Notes under the pieces: generated by a model
Told to the model about the DNA's origin: nothing
Seen by the model: only the letters and a program-made list of their open reading frames with translations
The model's database searches: none
NCBI RefSeq assembly: GCF_036971445.1
Contig: NC_091469.1
Location: forward strand, 36,642,001 to 36,706,000
Length of the DNA: 64,000 nucleotides
Direction: 5' to 3'
Source: Narcine bancroftii
Lineage: Eukaryota
Part shown: piece by piece, positions 12,378 to 24,409 of the stretch
Numbering within the stretch: position 1 is the first letter of the stretch
Layout of the letters: each line of letters begins with the position of its first letter
Position numbers and translations under genes: made by a program

Positions 12378-14356
12378 TGGAGTTGCCGATGACAATGACG
12401 ATGGAGATGACAATGGCGATGGAGTTGCCGATGACAATGACGATGGAGATGAAGATGACAATGGAGATGACGATGACAATGACGATGGAGATGAAGATGA
12501 CAATAATGATGGAGATGATGATGACAATGACGATGGAGATGAAGATGACAATGACGATGGAGATGATGATGACAATGATGATGGAGATGACGATGACAAT
12601 GATGATGGAGATGAAGATGACAATGACGATGGAGATGAAGATGACAATGATGATGAAGATGACGATGACAATAACGATGGAGTTGCCGATGACAATGACG
12701 ATGGAGATGAAGATGACGATGGAGATGACGATGACAATGACGATGGAGATGAAGATGACAATAATGATGGAGATGATGATGACAATGACGATGGAGATGA
12801 AGATGACAATGACGATGGAGATGATGATGACAATGATGATGGAGATGACGATGACAATGACGATGGAGATGACGGTGACAATGATGATGGAGATGAAGGT
12901 GACAATGATGATGGAGATGAAGGTGACAATGATGATGGAGATGTCGGTGACAATGATGATGGAGATGACGGTGACAATGATGATGGAGATGATGGTGACA
13001 ATGACGATGGAGATGAAGGTGACAATGATGATGGAGATGATGGTGACAATGATGATGGAGATGAAGGTGACAATGATGATGGAGATGAAGGTGACAATGA
13101 TGATGGAGATGGCGGTGACAATGATGATGGAGATGAAGATGACAATGATGAAGGAGATGACGATGACAATGATGGAGGTGAAGGTGACAATTATGATGGA
13201 GATGAAGGTGACAATGATGATGGAGATGAAGGTGACAATTATGATGGAGATGGCGGTGACAATGATGATGGAGATGAAGATGACAATGATGATGGAGATG
13301 ACGATGACAATGATGATGGAGGTGAAGGTGACAATTATGATGGAGATGAAGATGACAATGATGATGGAGATGATGGTGACAATGACGATGGAGATGACGA
13401 TGACAATGACGATGGAGATGACAATGACGATGGAGATGAAGATGACAATGACGATGAAGATGACGATGACAATAACGATGGAGTTGCCGATGACAATGAC
13501 GATGGAGATGAAGATGACAATGACGATGGAGATGATGATGACAATGATGATGGAGATGAAGATGACAATGACGATGGAGATGACAATGACAATGGAGATG
13601 ACGATGACGATGGAGATTACAATGACAATGATGATGGAAATGACGATGACAATGATGATGGAGATGAAGGTGACAATGATGATGGAGATGAAAGTGACAA
13701 TTATGATGGAGATGAAAGTGACAATGATGATGGAGATGACGGTGACAATTTTGATGGAGATGAAGATGACAATGATGATGGAGATGATGATGACAATGAT
13801 GATGGAGGTGAAGGTGACAATTATGATGGAGATGAAGATGACAATGACGATGGAGATGACGATGACAATGATGATGGAGATGACAATGACGATGGAGATG
13901 AAGATGACAATGACGATGAAGATGACGATGACAATAACGATGGAGTTGCCGATGACAATGACGATGGAGATGAAGATGACGATGGAGATGACGATGACAA
14001 TGACGATGGAGATGAAGATGACAATAATGATGGAGATGATGATGACAATGACGATGGAGATGAAGATGACAATGACGATGGAGATGATGATGACAATGAT
14101 GATGGAGATGACGATGACAATGATGATGGAGATGAAGATGACAATGACGATGGAGATGACGGTGACAATGACGATGGAGATGACGGTGACAATGACGATG
14201 GAGATGATGATGACAATGATGATGGAGATGAAGATGACAATGACGATGGAGATGACAATAACGATGGAGATGACGATGATAATGCAGATGACAATGACAA
14301 TGATGATGGAGATGACGGTGACAATGACAATGGAGATGACAATGACAATGATGATA
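12378..14356. repeat. About 2-kb triplet-phased minisatellite, core unit about 24 bp (GATGGAGATGAAGATGACAATGAC), with higher-order duplications
   Basis: Seen directly. The marker GGAGTTGCCGATGAC recurs at about 12379, 12421, 12679, 13480 and 13942. Confidence 0.95.
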
Positions 14357-14794
14357 ATAAAAAGAATGAATTTGTTGTCATATGCATTGTTTAATGTACT
14401 TAAGCACCAATATTCTTTCTTGCTACAGCTAAAAAGAAAAAAAAACTACAATACTATTCACTAAATTAATTTAAAAAAGGGTTAATAAACACTAAAGATA
14501 GATAGATTGCCTCAATTCTGTCTAAGATGTCCAGAAACCCAAAAAATAAAAATTGTCTTGTGACAAAGTTAAAACTAATAAAACTGAAGGCACAAATGCC
14601 AAGACCCTGCCTGCAGGAGAGTCTCCAAATCCCATAGCAACAGCAAATTAAAACTCAGTGCACAATAATTTATTATTCAAAGCAGAGAGATTCATCACCT
14701 TAATGCAGGAAGCAAATGCTAAACTGGATAATTGGTTAACAGATGTGTTCCATCTATTCATGAATAATCAATTTCTCATCTGTGTCAAGATCAG

Positions 14795-15205
14795 AACCAT
14801 AGAATATTACAGCACAGAAAACAGGCCCTTTGGCCCTTCTAGTCTGTGCCAAACTATTATTCTGCCTACTCCCACTGACTTGCACACAGGGTATAGCCTT
14901 TCATACCCCTCTCCATCCATGTACCTGTCAACTTTTTATTAAATGTGAAAATTGAGCCCGCATTCACTTCAGCTGGAAGTTTGTTTCACACTCCCATCAC
15001 TCTCTGTATGAAAAAAGTCCCCCTAATGTTCCCCCTATACATTTCCCCTTTCACCATTAACCCATATACTTTAGTTTGTATCTCACCTACCCTCAATAGA
15101 AAAACCCTGCCTAAATTTACTCTCTCTATACCCCTCATAACTTTAAATACCTCATCAAATTTCCCCTCATTCTTCTATGCTCCAGGGAATAAAGTATTAA
15201 CCTTT
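14795..15205 (-). mobile_element. CR1-type LINE 3' end
   Basis: AGAACCATAGAA...ACAGCACAGAAAACAGGCCCTTTGGCCC is the reverse complement of a CR1 tail; related to 22175-22380. Confidence 0.65.
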
Positions 15206-15770
15206 ACTTTGACATATCATTGGAGAATGGTGTTCTGCTGGTTGGATTAAGATTAATTATACCTGAAACAATGCATAAAGAGATTCTCCAGAAAATACAT
15301 GAAGGCCACATGGGAAAGGAGAAATGCAAACTCAGTGGAGAGTCAGCTGTGTACTGGACTGATATATACAAAGACATCAAAAATATGGTGGCTACATGTC
15401 AAATATGCCAAAAGTACAGAAACACACATCAAAAAGAGGAAATGATTTCCACAGAAGTACCAGCCAGGCCATGGGACACAGTGGGAGTAGACTTGTTCAC
15501 CGAGAATCAAGAATGGTATTTAATAGTAGCCTGTTACTACTCTAAGTTTCCATTTGTCAAAAGAGTGAAAGACCTGAGAGCATCAACTATCACCTCAGAA
15601 ATGAGAGCACTCATAGTTTAATAGTTCGATAAGAACTATTAAAAATTAGTTGTGTAAATAAACTAGTGTACAAGTTCAGTTACTTAAGTTGCACGGGAAA
15701 GAAACTGATAAAGAACACTAAATTTTATTTTATATTGAGAAAGAGGGATGTTATGTAGTCAGGATAATGT

Positions 15771-16203
15771 CTTCTTTCTTTGGCTTGGCTTCGCGGACGA
15801 AGATTTATGGAGGGGGTAAAAAGTCCACGTCAGCTGCAGGCTCGTTTGTGGCTGACAAGTCCGATGCGGGACAGGCAGACACGATTGCAGCGGTTGCAGG
15901 GGAAAATTGGTTGGTTGGGGTTGGGTGTTGGGTTTTTCCTCCTTTGCCTTTTGTCAGTGAGGTGGGCTCTGCGGTCTTCTTCAAAGGAGGTTGCTGCCCG
16001 CCAAACTGTGAGGCGCCAAGATGCACGGTTTGAGGCGTTATCAGCCCACTGGCGGTGGTCAATGTGGCAGGCACCAAGAGATTTCTTTAGGCAGTCCTTG
16101 TACCTTTTCTTTGGTGCACCTCTGTCACGGTGGCCAGTGGAGAGCTCGCCATATAACATGATCTTGGGAAGGCGATGGTCCTCCATTCTGGAGACGTGAC
16201 CCA
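15771..16203 (-). mobile_element. RTE-clade LINE, 5'-truncated 3' end
   Basis: GHVSRMEDHRLPK...[22 protein letters not shown]-terminus and (AAAG)n tail; near-identical to the other copies. Confidence 0.9.
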
Positions 16204-16217
16204 GCACCACCGTGGGG

Positions 16218-16219
<2 letters not shown>

Positions 16220-16290
<71 letters not shown>

Positions 16291-16294
16291 GTGT
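16220..16294. repeat. (TG)n microsatellite
   Basis: About 37 TG units with one CG interruption. Confidence 0.95.
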
Positions 16295-17057
16295 GAGAGA
16301 CAAGTTTCCTGAGATGGTAGAAGGCATCAGTAAGTAAAGTTTCGTTTGTTATTTGAATCTTGCATCTCTAAGTTATTTAAGAAGCCTCCCAAGTAACACA
16401 GAATCATAACAATCCCCCTTCAGTTCTGATGCAAGCCACCCCATTAGAACTTCCCTGAAGAGAGCCCAGTGATCCAAAAACCTGAAGCTCTGCCTCCTGC
16501 ACCATGCCTTAACCTCACTGCTCAAGCAACCTCACCAGCACCTGGCATGGGTAGCAATCAAGAGATCACAACTAGAGAGGTCCTATCCTTCAACCTAGCG
16601 CCTAACTCCCTGAACTCTCATTGTCGGACCTCATCAACCTTCCAACCTACGTCATTGGTTCCCACATGGACCACAACATCTGGCTGCTCACTCTCCCTCC
16701 TGAGAACTCAATCTGTTGTCTATCAGCCATTTCCAGCCCTTTCTGGAGATCTTTGTCCTCAATTAATTTAATTTGAATCATTGATCAGAATTGTTTTAAA
16801 TCACCATTCAAATTGTTCAGCGTTAAATTTTGCACAACCAGTTCTTGATATGACAATACTGTCGAGTCTAATTTCCAGGCTTAAATGGCAACAGGAAAAT
16901 TAAAATCCATTTTATTAATTTACAGTCTCAGATGGAATGACAGAAAAAAATAATCTTTGACCAACAATCTTTGACTAACAATCATGGACAAGAAAAAAAG
17001 GATCAAAGAAAGCCCAGTGAAGGAAAGACACAAAACTATGTGTTTTAATGTTTTACA

Positions 17058-17284
17058 TTTTAGACATAGAGCATATTAACAGGCCATTTCGGACATGAGC
17101 CTGATCTGCCTAATTACACTAAATTAACTTACAACCCTGGTATGTTTTGAATAGTGGGAGGAAACTGGACTCCCGGGGAAAAACCATGCAGACATGGAGA
17201 GGCCTCCTTACAGACAGTATGGGATTTGAACCCTAGTTCAGATTGGTGGCATTGCAATAATGCTATGTACTAACAGTGGTGCCC
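17058..17284 (-). mobile_element. tRNA-derived HE1/V-SINE-like SINE
   Basis: Homologous to copies at 27705-27948, 45328-45537 and 54741-54960; reverse complement has B box GGTTCAAATCCC and a CR1-like tail. Confidence 0.65.
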
Positions 17285-17822
17285 CTCCTAAGCATTTGCT
17301 ATCACTCCTAATTTATACATTTCCAGTAAATCTAAATGTTATTTGCATTTGATGGTAAGCAAGAAATCTGCAGAGGCTGATGTCTAGTGCAGTATGCAAA
17401 AGTGCTAGATAAACTCAGTCAGTAATGCAGCATTTATAGAAAGCAAGAGGCAGTCAATATTTTGGGCCTGAGCTCTTTGTCATCAACCTGAATTTTGATA
17501 CTTCTGAAAAAGGGCTCAGGCCTAAAGAGTTTCTCTACCACTTTTGTGAATGGCATTTGCATTTGATGTTCATGTTTAGCCTCAACCATGTTTCCTTCAC
17601 ACACAGCATTCTGCTAATTTAATTATTCTGTAAATGTATTTCTGTTTCTGTGAGACTGACCTTAATTTACATTCATACATTGATTGATGTGAAGTTGCAC
17701 TTTACAGATGCATGGATTGTGGTTTCGGGTGTTGGTGTTGGCATACCTAATGTATGGGCATTGCTGCTTTATTTCACTGTATACTTTTAATGGCTGGCAA
17801 ATCAAGAGTGTGCAAATCAATT

Positions 17823-20800
17823 CTTTCTTTGGCTTGGCTTCGCGGACGAAGATTTATGGAGGGGGTAAAAAGTCCACGTCAGCTGCAGGCTCGTTTGTGG
17901 CTGACAAGTCCGATGCGGGACAGGCAGACACGATTGCAGCGGTTGCAAGGGAAAATTGGTTGGTTGGGGTTGGGTGTTGGGTTTTTCCTCCTTTGCCTTT
18001 TGTCAGTGAGGTGGGCTCTGCGGTCTTCTTCACAGGAGGTTGCTGCCCGCCAAACTGTGAGGCGCCAAGATGCACGGTTTGAGGCATTATCAGCCCACTG
18101 GCGGTGGTCAATGTGGCAGGCACCAAGAGATTTCTTTAGGCAGTCCTTGTACTTCTTCTTTGGTGCACCTCTGTCACGGTGGCCAGTGGAGAGCTCGCCA
18201 TATAACACGATCTTGGGAAGGCGATGGTCCTCCATTCTGGAGACGTGACCCATCCAGCGCAGCTGGATCTTCAGCAGCGTGGACTCGATGCTGTCGACCT
18301 CTGCCATCTCGAGTACTTCGACGTTAGGGGTGTAAGCGCTCCAATGGATGTTGAGGATGGAGCGGAGACAACGCTAGTGGAAGCGTTCTAGGAGCCGTAG
18401 GTGGTGCCGGTAGAGGACCCATGATTCGGAGCCGAACAGGAGTGTGGGTATGACAACGGCTCTGTATACGCTTATCTTTGTGAGGTTTTTCAGTTGGTTG
18501 TTTTTCCAGACTCTTTTGTGTAGTCTTCCAAAGGCGCTATTTGCCTTGGCGAGTCTGTTGTCTATCTCATTGTCGATCCTTGCATCTGATGAAATGGTGC
18601 AGCCGAGATAGGTAAACTGGTTGACCGTTTTGAGTTTTGTGTGCCCGATGGAGATGTGAGGGGGCTGGTAGTCATGGTGGGGAGCTGGCTGATGGAGGAC
18701 CTCAGTTTTCTTCAGGCTGACTTCCAGGCCAAACATTTTGGCAGTTTCCGCAAAGCAGGACGTCAAGCGCTGAAGAGCTGGCTCTGAATGGGCAACTAAA
18801 GCGGCATCGTCTGCAAAGAGTAGTTCACGGACAAGTTTCTCTTGTGTCTTGGTGTGAGCTTGCAGGCGCCTCAGATTGAAGAGACTGCCATCCGTGCGGT
18901 ACCGGATGTAAACAGCGTCTTCATTGTTGGGGTCTTTCATGGCTTGGTTCAGCATCATGCTGAAGAAGATTGAAAAGAGGGTTGGTGCGAGAACACAGCC
19001 TTGCTTCACGCCATTGTTAATGGAGAAGGGTTCAGAGAGCTCATTGCTGTATCTGACCCGACCTTGTTGGTTTTCGTGCAGTTGGATAATCCAAGAACGC
19101 GGCGCGGGCTACACACTCTACTGGTCTGGCAAGCCTTCGGATGAACGACGCCTATCTGGTGTAGGCTTCATGGTCAAGAGCTTCATTGCCTCCAAACTCG
19201 AAAACCTTCCGACAGGCCTCTCGGACCGAATCATGTCCATGCGACTCCCACTTCAAAACAAGCGTCACATCACCCTCATCAGTGTCTATGCTCCAACCCT
19301 CCAGGCGGAACCAGCAGAAAAGAACAAGTTCTACACCGACCTGCGCAACCTCATCCAACGTACCCCTACAGCCGACAAGGTTGTCATCCTGGGCGACTTC
19401 AACGCTCGTGTCGGCAAAGACTCAGAAACCTGGCCAGGAATCCTGGGCAAGCATGGCGTCGGCAAGTGCAACGACAATGGGCGCCTCCTGTTGGAGCTCT
19501 GCGCAGAACAGCGACTTGTCATTACAAACACCCTTTTTCAGCAGAGGGACAGCCTTAAGACCACCTGGATGCATCCCCGATCCAAACACTGGCACCTCCT
19601 GGACTACATCCTGGTGCGAGAAAGTGACAAACAAGATGTGCTCCACACCAGGGTCATGCCTCGCGCGGAATGCCACACTGACCACCGGCTGGTTCGCTGC
19701 AAGCTCAACCTTCACTTCAAGCCAAAGCCCAGGAACAATAAAGCCCCCAGAAAGAGGTTCAATGTTGGAAACCTGCAGTCAGACGAAGCGAGAGGAAACT
19801 TCCAGGCAAACCTCAAAGCAAAGCTCGACGTTGCAACCCGCCTCACGGACCCGTCCCCTGAAACCCTCTGGGATCAGTTGAAGACTACCATACTGCAATC
19901 CACTGAAGAGGTACTGGGCTTCTCCTCCAGGAAAAACAAGGACTGGTTTGACGAAAACAGCCAGGAAATCCAGGAGCTGCTGGCAAAGAAGCGAGCTGCC
20001 CACCAGGCTCACCTTACAAAGCCGTCCTGTCCAGAGAAGAAACAAGCCTTCCGTCGCGCATGCAGCCATCTTCAGCGCAAACTCCGGGAGATCCAAAATG
20101 AGTGGTGGACTAGCCTCGCCAAACGAACCCAGCTCAGCGCGGACATTGGCGACTTCAGGGGTTTCTATGAGGCTCTAAAGGCTGTGTACGGCCCCTCACC
20201 CCAAGTCCAAAGCCCGCTGCGCAGCTCAGACGGCAAAGTCCTCCTCAGCGACAAGATCTCCATCCTCAACCGATGGTCAGAACACTTCCAATCTCTTTTC
20301 AGTGCCAACCGCTCAGTCCAAGATTCCGCCCTGCTCCAGCTCCCTCAACAGCCCCTAAGGCTAGAGCTGGATGAGGTTCCCACCCTGGATGAGACATATA
20401 AGGCAATCGAACAACTGAAAAGTGGCAAAGCAGCAGGTATGGATGGAATCCCCCCAGAAGTCTGGAAGGCTGGCGGCAAAACTCTGCATGCCAAACTGCA
20501 TGAGTTTTTCAAGCTTTGTTGGGACCAAGGTAAATTGCCTCAGGATCTTCGTGATGCCACGATCATCACCCTGTACAAAAACAAAGGCGAGAAATCAGAC
20601 TGCTCAAACTACAGGGGAATCACGTTGCTCTCCATTGCAGGCAAAATCTTCGCTAGGATTCTACTAAATAGAATAATACCTAGTGTCGCCGAGAATATTC
20701 TCCCAGAATCACAGTGCGGCTTTCGCGCAAACAGAGGAACCACTGACATGGTCTTTGCCCTCAGACAGCTCCAAGAAAAGTGCAGAGAACAAAACAAAGG

Positions 20801-20904
20801 ACTCTACATCACCTTTGTTGAGCTCACCAAAGCCTTCGACACCGTGAGCAGGAAAGGGCTTTGGCAAATACTAGAGCGCATCGGATGTCCCCCAAAGTTC
20901 CTCA
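17823..20904 (-). mobile_element. RTE-clade LINE insertion with inverted 5' part (3' part 17823-19090 on -, endonuclease/RT-N part 19090-20904 on +)
   Basis: APE endonuclease (ISVYAPT, LGDFNARVG, LDYIL, TDHRLV) and RT (NYRGITLLS, QCGFR, KAFDTV; KQGCVLAP, LFADD). 11-bp TSD GCAAATCAATT at 17812-17822 and 20905-20915. Confidence 0.93.
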
Positions 20905-21189
20905 GCAAATCAATTAGGCTTATTTCAAATCTCACATCTGCATTCTTGTGATTCAAGCTGTTCTCAACATATCAAAGATGTGCCTTTTGTTCGCATTTAT
21001 TAGACTTCTGTGCTCATTAAGCTAAACCAAGTCTTGCAGCATGCAAGAAATCATCAGGTTAGTTGCACTTGCCAAGATTAGAAATGGCAAAAAGTGCATG
21101 TTACTTTTCTCTTCCCTGAACTCCAACAATATGTTTTAAATGCTACTCAAGAACACCATGATGTAATTTATGACATTGCTATTCTATCC

Positions 21190-22154
21190 CATTCAGAGCC
21201 AGCTCTTCAGCGCTTGACGTCCTGCTTTGCGGAAACTGCCAAAATGTTTGGCCTGGAAGTCAGCCTGAAGAAAACTGAGGTCCTCCATCAGCCAGCTCCC
21301 CACCATGACTACCAGCCCCCCCACATCTCCATCGGGCACACAAAACTCAAAACGGTCAACCAGTTTACCTATCTCGGCTGCACCATTTCATCAGATGCAA
21401 GGATCGACAATGAGATAGACAACAGACTCGCCAAGGCAAATAGCGCCTTTGGAAGACTACACAAAAGAGTCTGGAAAAACAACCAACTGAAAAACCTCAC
21501 AAAGATAAGCGTATACAGAGCCGTTGTCATACCCACACTCCTGTTCGGCTCCGAATCATGGGTCCTCTACCGGCACCACCTACGGCTCCTAGAACGCTTC
21601 CACCAGCGTTGTCTCCGCTCCATCCTCAACATCCATTGGAGCGCTCACACCCCTAACGTCGAGGTACTCGAGATGGCAGAGGTCGACAGCATCGAGTCCA
21701 CGCTGCTGAAGATCCAGCTGCGCTGGATGGGTCACGTCTCCAGAATGGAGGACCATCGCCTTCCCAAGATCGTATTATATGGCGAGCTCTCCACTGGCCA
21801 CCGTGACAGAGGTGCACCAAAGAAAAGGTACAAGGACTGCCTAAAGAAATCTCTTGGTGCCTGCCACATTGACCACCGCCAGTGGGCTGATAACGCCTCA
21901 AACCGTGCATCTTGGCGCCTCACAGTTTGGCGGGCAGCAGCCTCCTTTGAAGAAGACCGCAGAGCCCACCTCACTGACAAAAGGCAAAGGAGGAAAGACC
22001 CAACACCCAACCCCAACCAACCAATTTTCCCTTGCAACCGCTGCAATCGTGTCTGCCTGTCCCGCATCGGACTGGTCGGCCACAAACGAGCCTGCAGCTG
22101 ACGTGGACTTTTTACCCCCTCCATAAATCTTCGTCCGCGAAGCCAAGCCAAAGA
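21190..22154 (+). mobile_element. RTE-clade LINE, 5'-truncated, independent insertion
   Basis: RT C-terminus to tail; TSD ATTCTATCC at 21181-21189 and 22157-22165. Confidence 0.92.
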
Positions 22155-22881
22155 CAATTCTATCCGTATGACATAAAACCATAGAACACTGCAGCACAGG
22201 CAAAGACCATTCAGCCCTTCCACTCTGTGCCAAACAATTATATTGCTGTGTCACACTGTCCTGCATCCAGACCATAGCACTCCATACCTTTCCCATCCAT
22301 ACACCTGTCCAAAGTTTTATTAAATGTTAAAATTGAGCCCACATTCGCCACTTCAGCTGGCAGCTTGTTCCTCACTGCCTGCATTTGGCTCATATCTCTC
22401 TAAATCTATCCTACCCTTAAATGTGTTCATTTTTTTCTATTTTTTCTAAAAGATTAAATATTTAGTTTGTTTGCATGTGTCCATAAATTAAGTAGTTCAC
22501 TATCAGTAAAAATTGTAATCCTGTATCATGATTGAAAAATTTATTTAATTGATGAAAATTGTCTGGATTTATCACAAATTTGAGGAGTTGTTTAAAGGGT
22601 AATCATCTTAGAAAAAATTTAGTTAATTTGCTACAAGGGTACATTTGTCTAAAGGTTTAGATAGTCTTCTGATCTTTAATAGCACCCTTTTTTTTCTGTT
22701 GGAACATGAATCTTGTACGGTATAATTTTTTATTACTTTAAAGTTAGGTAGTATCTGTCAATTTTTTCCACATTAATTAATTTCCAGCAAGATTTATACA
22801 CTTGAGATTTTTGTTTTATTCACCATCACAGCTTTGGATAATGTGGCTTGTCCTTTGGCAATGAGTTTTATGTGAGAGATA

Positions 22882-23761
22882 TTCTTCTTTCTTTCTTTGG
22901 CTTGGCTTCGCAGACGAAGATTTATGGAGGGGTATATGTCCACGTCAGCTGCAGGCTCGTTTGTGGCTGACAAGTCCGATGCGGGACAGGCAGATACGGT
23001 TGCAGCGGTTGCAAGGGAAAATTGGTGGGTTGGGGTTGGGTGTTGGGTTTTTCCTCCTTTGTCTTTTGTCAGTGAGGTGGGCTCTGTGGTCTTCTTCAAA
23101 GGAGGTTGCTGCCCACCGAACTGTGAGGCGCCAAGATGCACGGTTTGAGGCGATATCAGCCCACTGGCGGTGGTCAATGTGGCAGGCACCAAGAGATTTC
23201 TTTAGGCAGTCCTTGTACCTCTTCTTTGGTGCACCTCTGTCACGGTGGCCAGTGGAGAGCTCGCCATATAACACGATCTTGGGAAGGCGATGGTCCTCCA
23301 TTCTGGAGATGTGACCTACCCAGCGCAGTTGGATCTTCAGCAGCGTGGATTCGATGCTGTCGGCCTCTGCCATCTCGAGTACTTCGATGTTGGGGATGAA
23401 GTCACTCCAACGCTGGTGGAAGCGTTCTAGGAGCCGTAGTGATGCCGGTAGAGGACCCATGATTCGGAGCCGAACAGGAGTGTGGGTATGACAACGGCTC
23501 TGTATACACTTATCTTTGTGAGGTCTTTCAGTTGGTTGTTTTTCCAGACTCTTTTGTGTAGTCTTCCAAAGGCGCTATTTGCCTTGGCGAGTCTGTTGTC
23601 TATCTCGTTGTCGATCCTTGCATCTGATGAAATGGTGCAGCCGAGATAGGTAAACTGGTTGACCGTTTTGAGTTTTTTGTGCCCGATGGAGATGTGGGGG
23701 GGCTGGTAGTCATGGTGGGGAGCTGGCTGATGGAGGACCTCAGTTTTATTCAGGCTGACTT
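22882..23761 (-). mobile_element. RTE-clade LINE, 5'-truncated, more diverged variant
   Basis: Same family, with diagnostic differences (WSDFIPN, ADSIES, RWVGH, GGGGTATATGTCC in the 3' UTR) and a small internal deletion. Confidence 0.9.
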
Positions 23762-23811
23762 AAAGTTCTTATTGGAAAGATTAAATTTGGAAAGATTAAA
23801 TCTCAATTCCC

Positions 23812-24315
23812 CTCCCCATTCCCTTGCTTTAATGTCTATCCATGGTCTCATGCTTTGCCAGAGTGAAACCACCTGTAAACTGAAAGAAAAACACCTAATC
23901 TTCTGTCTGGGCATCATCCAATCAGATGGGATTATCAACAACTTCTCCAGTTTCCATTGAACACTCCCTATCTTTTCTCTCCCTTGTCTCCTTTCCTCTC
24001 TCTCTCTTCCACCCCCCCCCCAACTTTCCATCTGTCTCCTTTCACAGAGCCAAATTCAATTCTCACATTTCCTCTTATCTTAGCCAATTAACACCTATTG
24101 CCTATTGGTCTGTACTCCCCCTTCCATTCTTCTTTCCCCAGCCTTCAATTCTGATGCCTGCCCTTTTTTTTCATTCACACTTTAAGGAAAGGCTCAGGCC
24201 CAAAAAATGGGTAATATATCTTTACCCCTGTGGATGCTATGAGATCAGCTGAGTTCCTTGAGCATTTCTGTGTTTTGACTGCGATTGCCATGTTTGCAGA
24301 CTTTTGTGTTTGACT
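23812..24315 (+). mobile_element. Penelope-like element 3' fragment (GIY-YIG C-terminus)
   Basis: CKLKEKHLIFCLGIIQSDGI resembles the Penelope E.HLIF.LG.LQP.G.N motif. Related terminal pieces at about 9270-9460, 17365-17550 and 34495-34640. Confidence 0.6.
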
Positions 24316-24409
24316 CTATAAGCCCAATAACAGTTGCAAATATCCTAAGAAAATTGCATTAGTGCCCAATCCCTTTCCAGGGGCTATAGTCAAAAAGTGG
24401 AAGAGGGAG

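Larger units (their letters stand above)
15220..16411 (+). mobile_element. Ty3/Gypsy 3' remnant: integrase fragment, PPT and 3' LTR (interrupted by an RTE fragment)
   Basis: ORF 15220-15621 has HEGHMG...CQIC (HHCC) and RPWDTVGVDLF. PPT GAGAAAGAGGGA at 15737-15748. LTR 15749-16411 is bounded by the inverted repeat TGTTATG...CATAACA. Confidence 0.8.

Noticed and set aside
12341-14464. 707-aa Met/Thr/Glu-rich ORF and the antisense Ser-rich ORFs as real proteins
   Set aside because: They are by-products of a triplet-phased repeat, with no domain or gene context. The commonest variants are non-synonymous in this frame.
18924-22101. ORFs 18924-20951 and 21094-22101 as one full-length plus-strand LINE
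   Set aside because: They belong to two insertions with different TSDs, separated by about 265 bp of unique DNA. The first 55 or so residues of the 675-aa ORF are antisense RT sequence.
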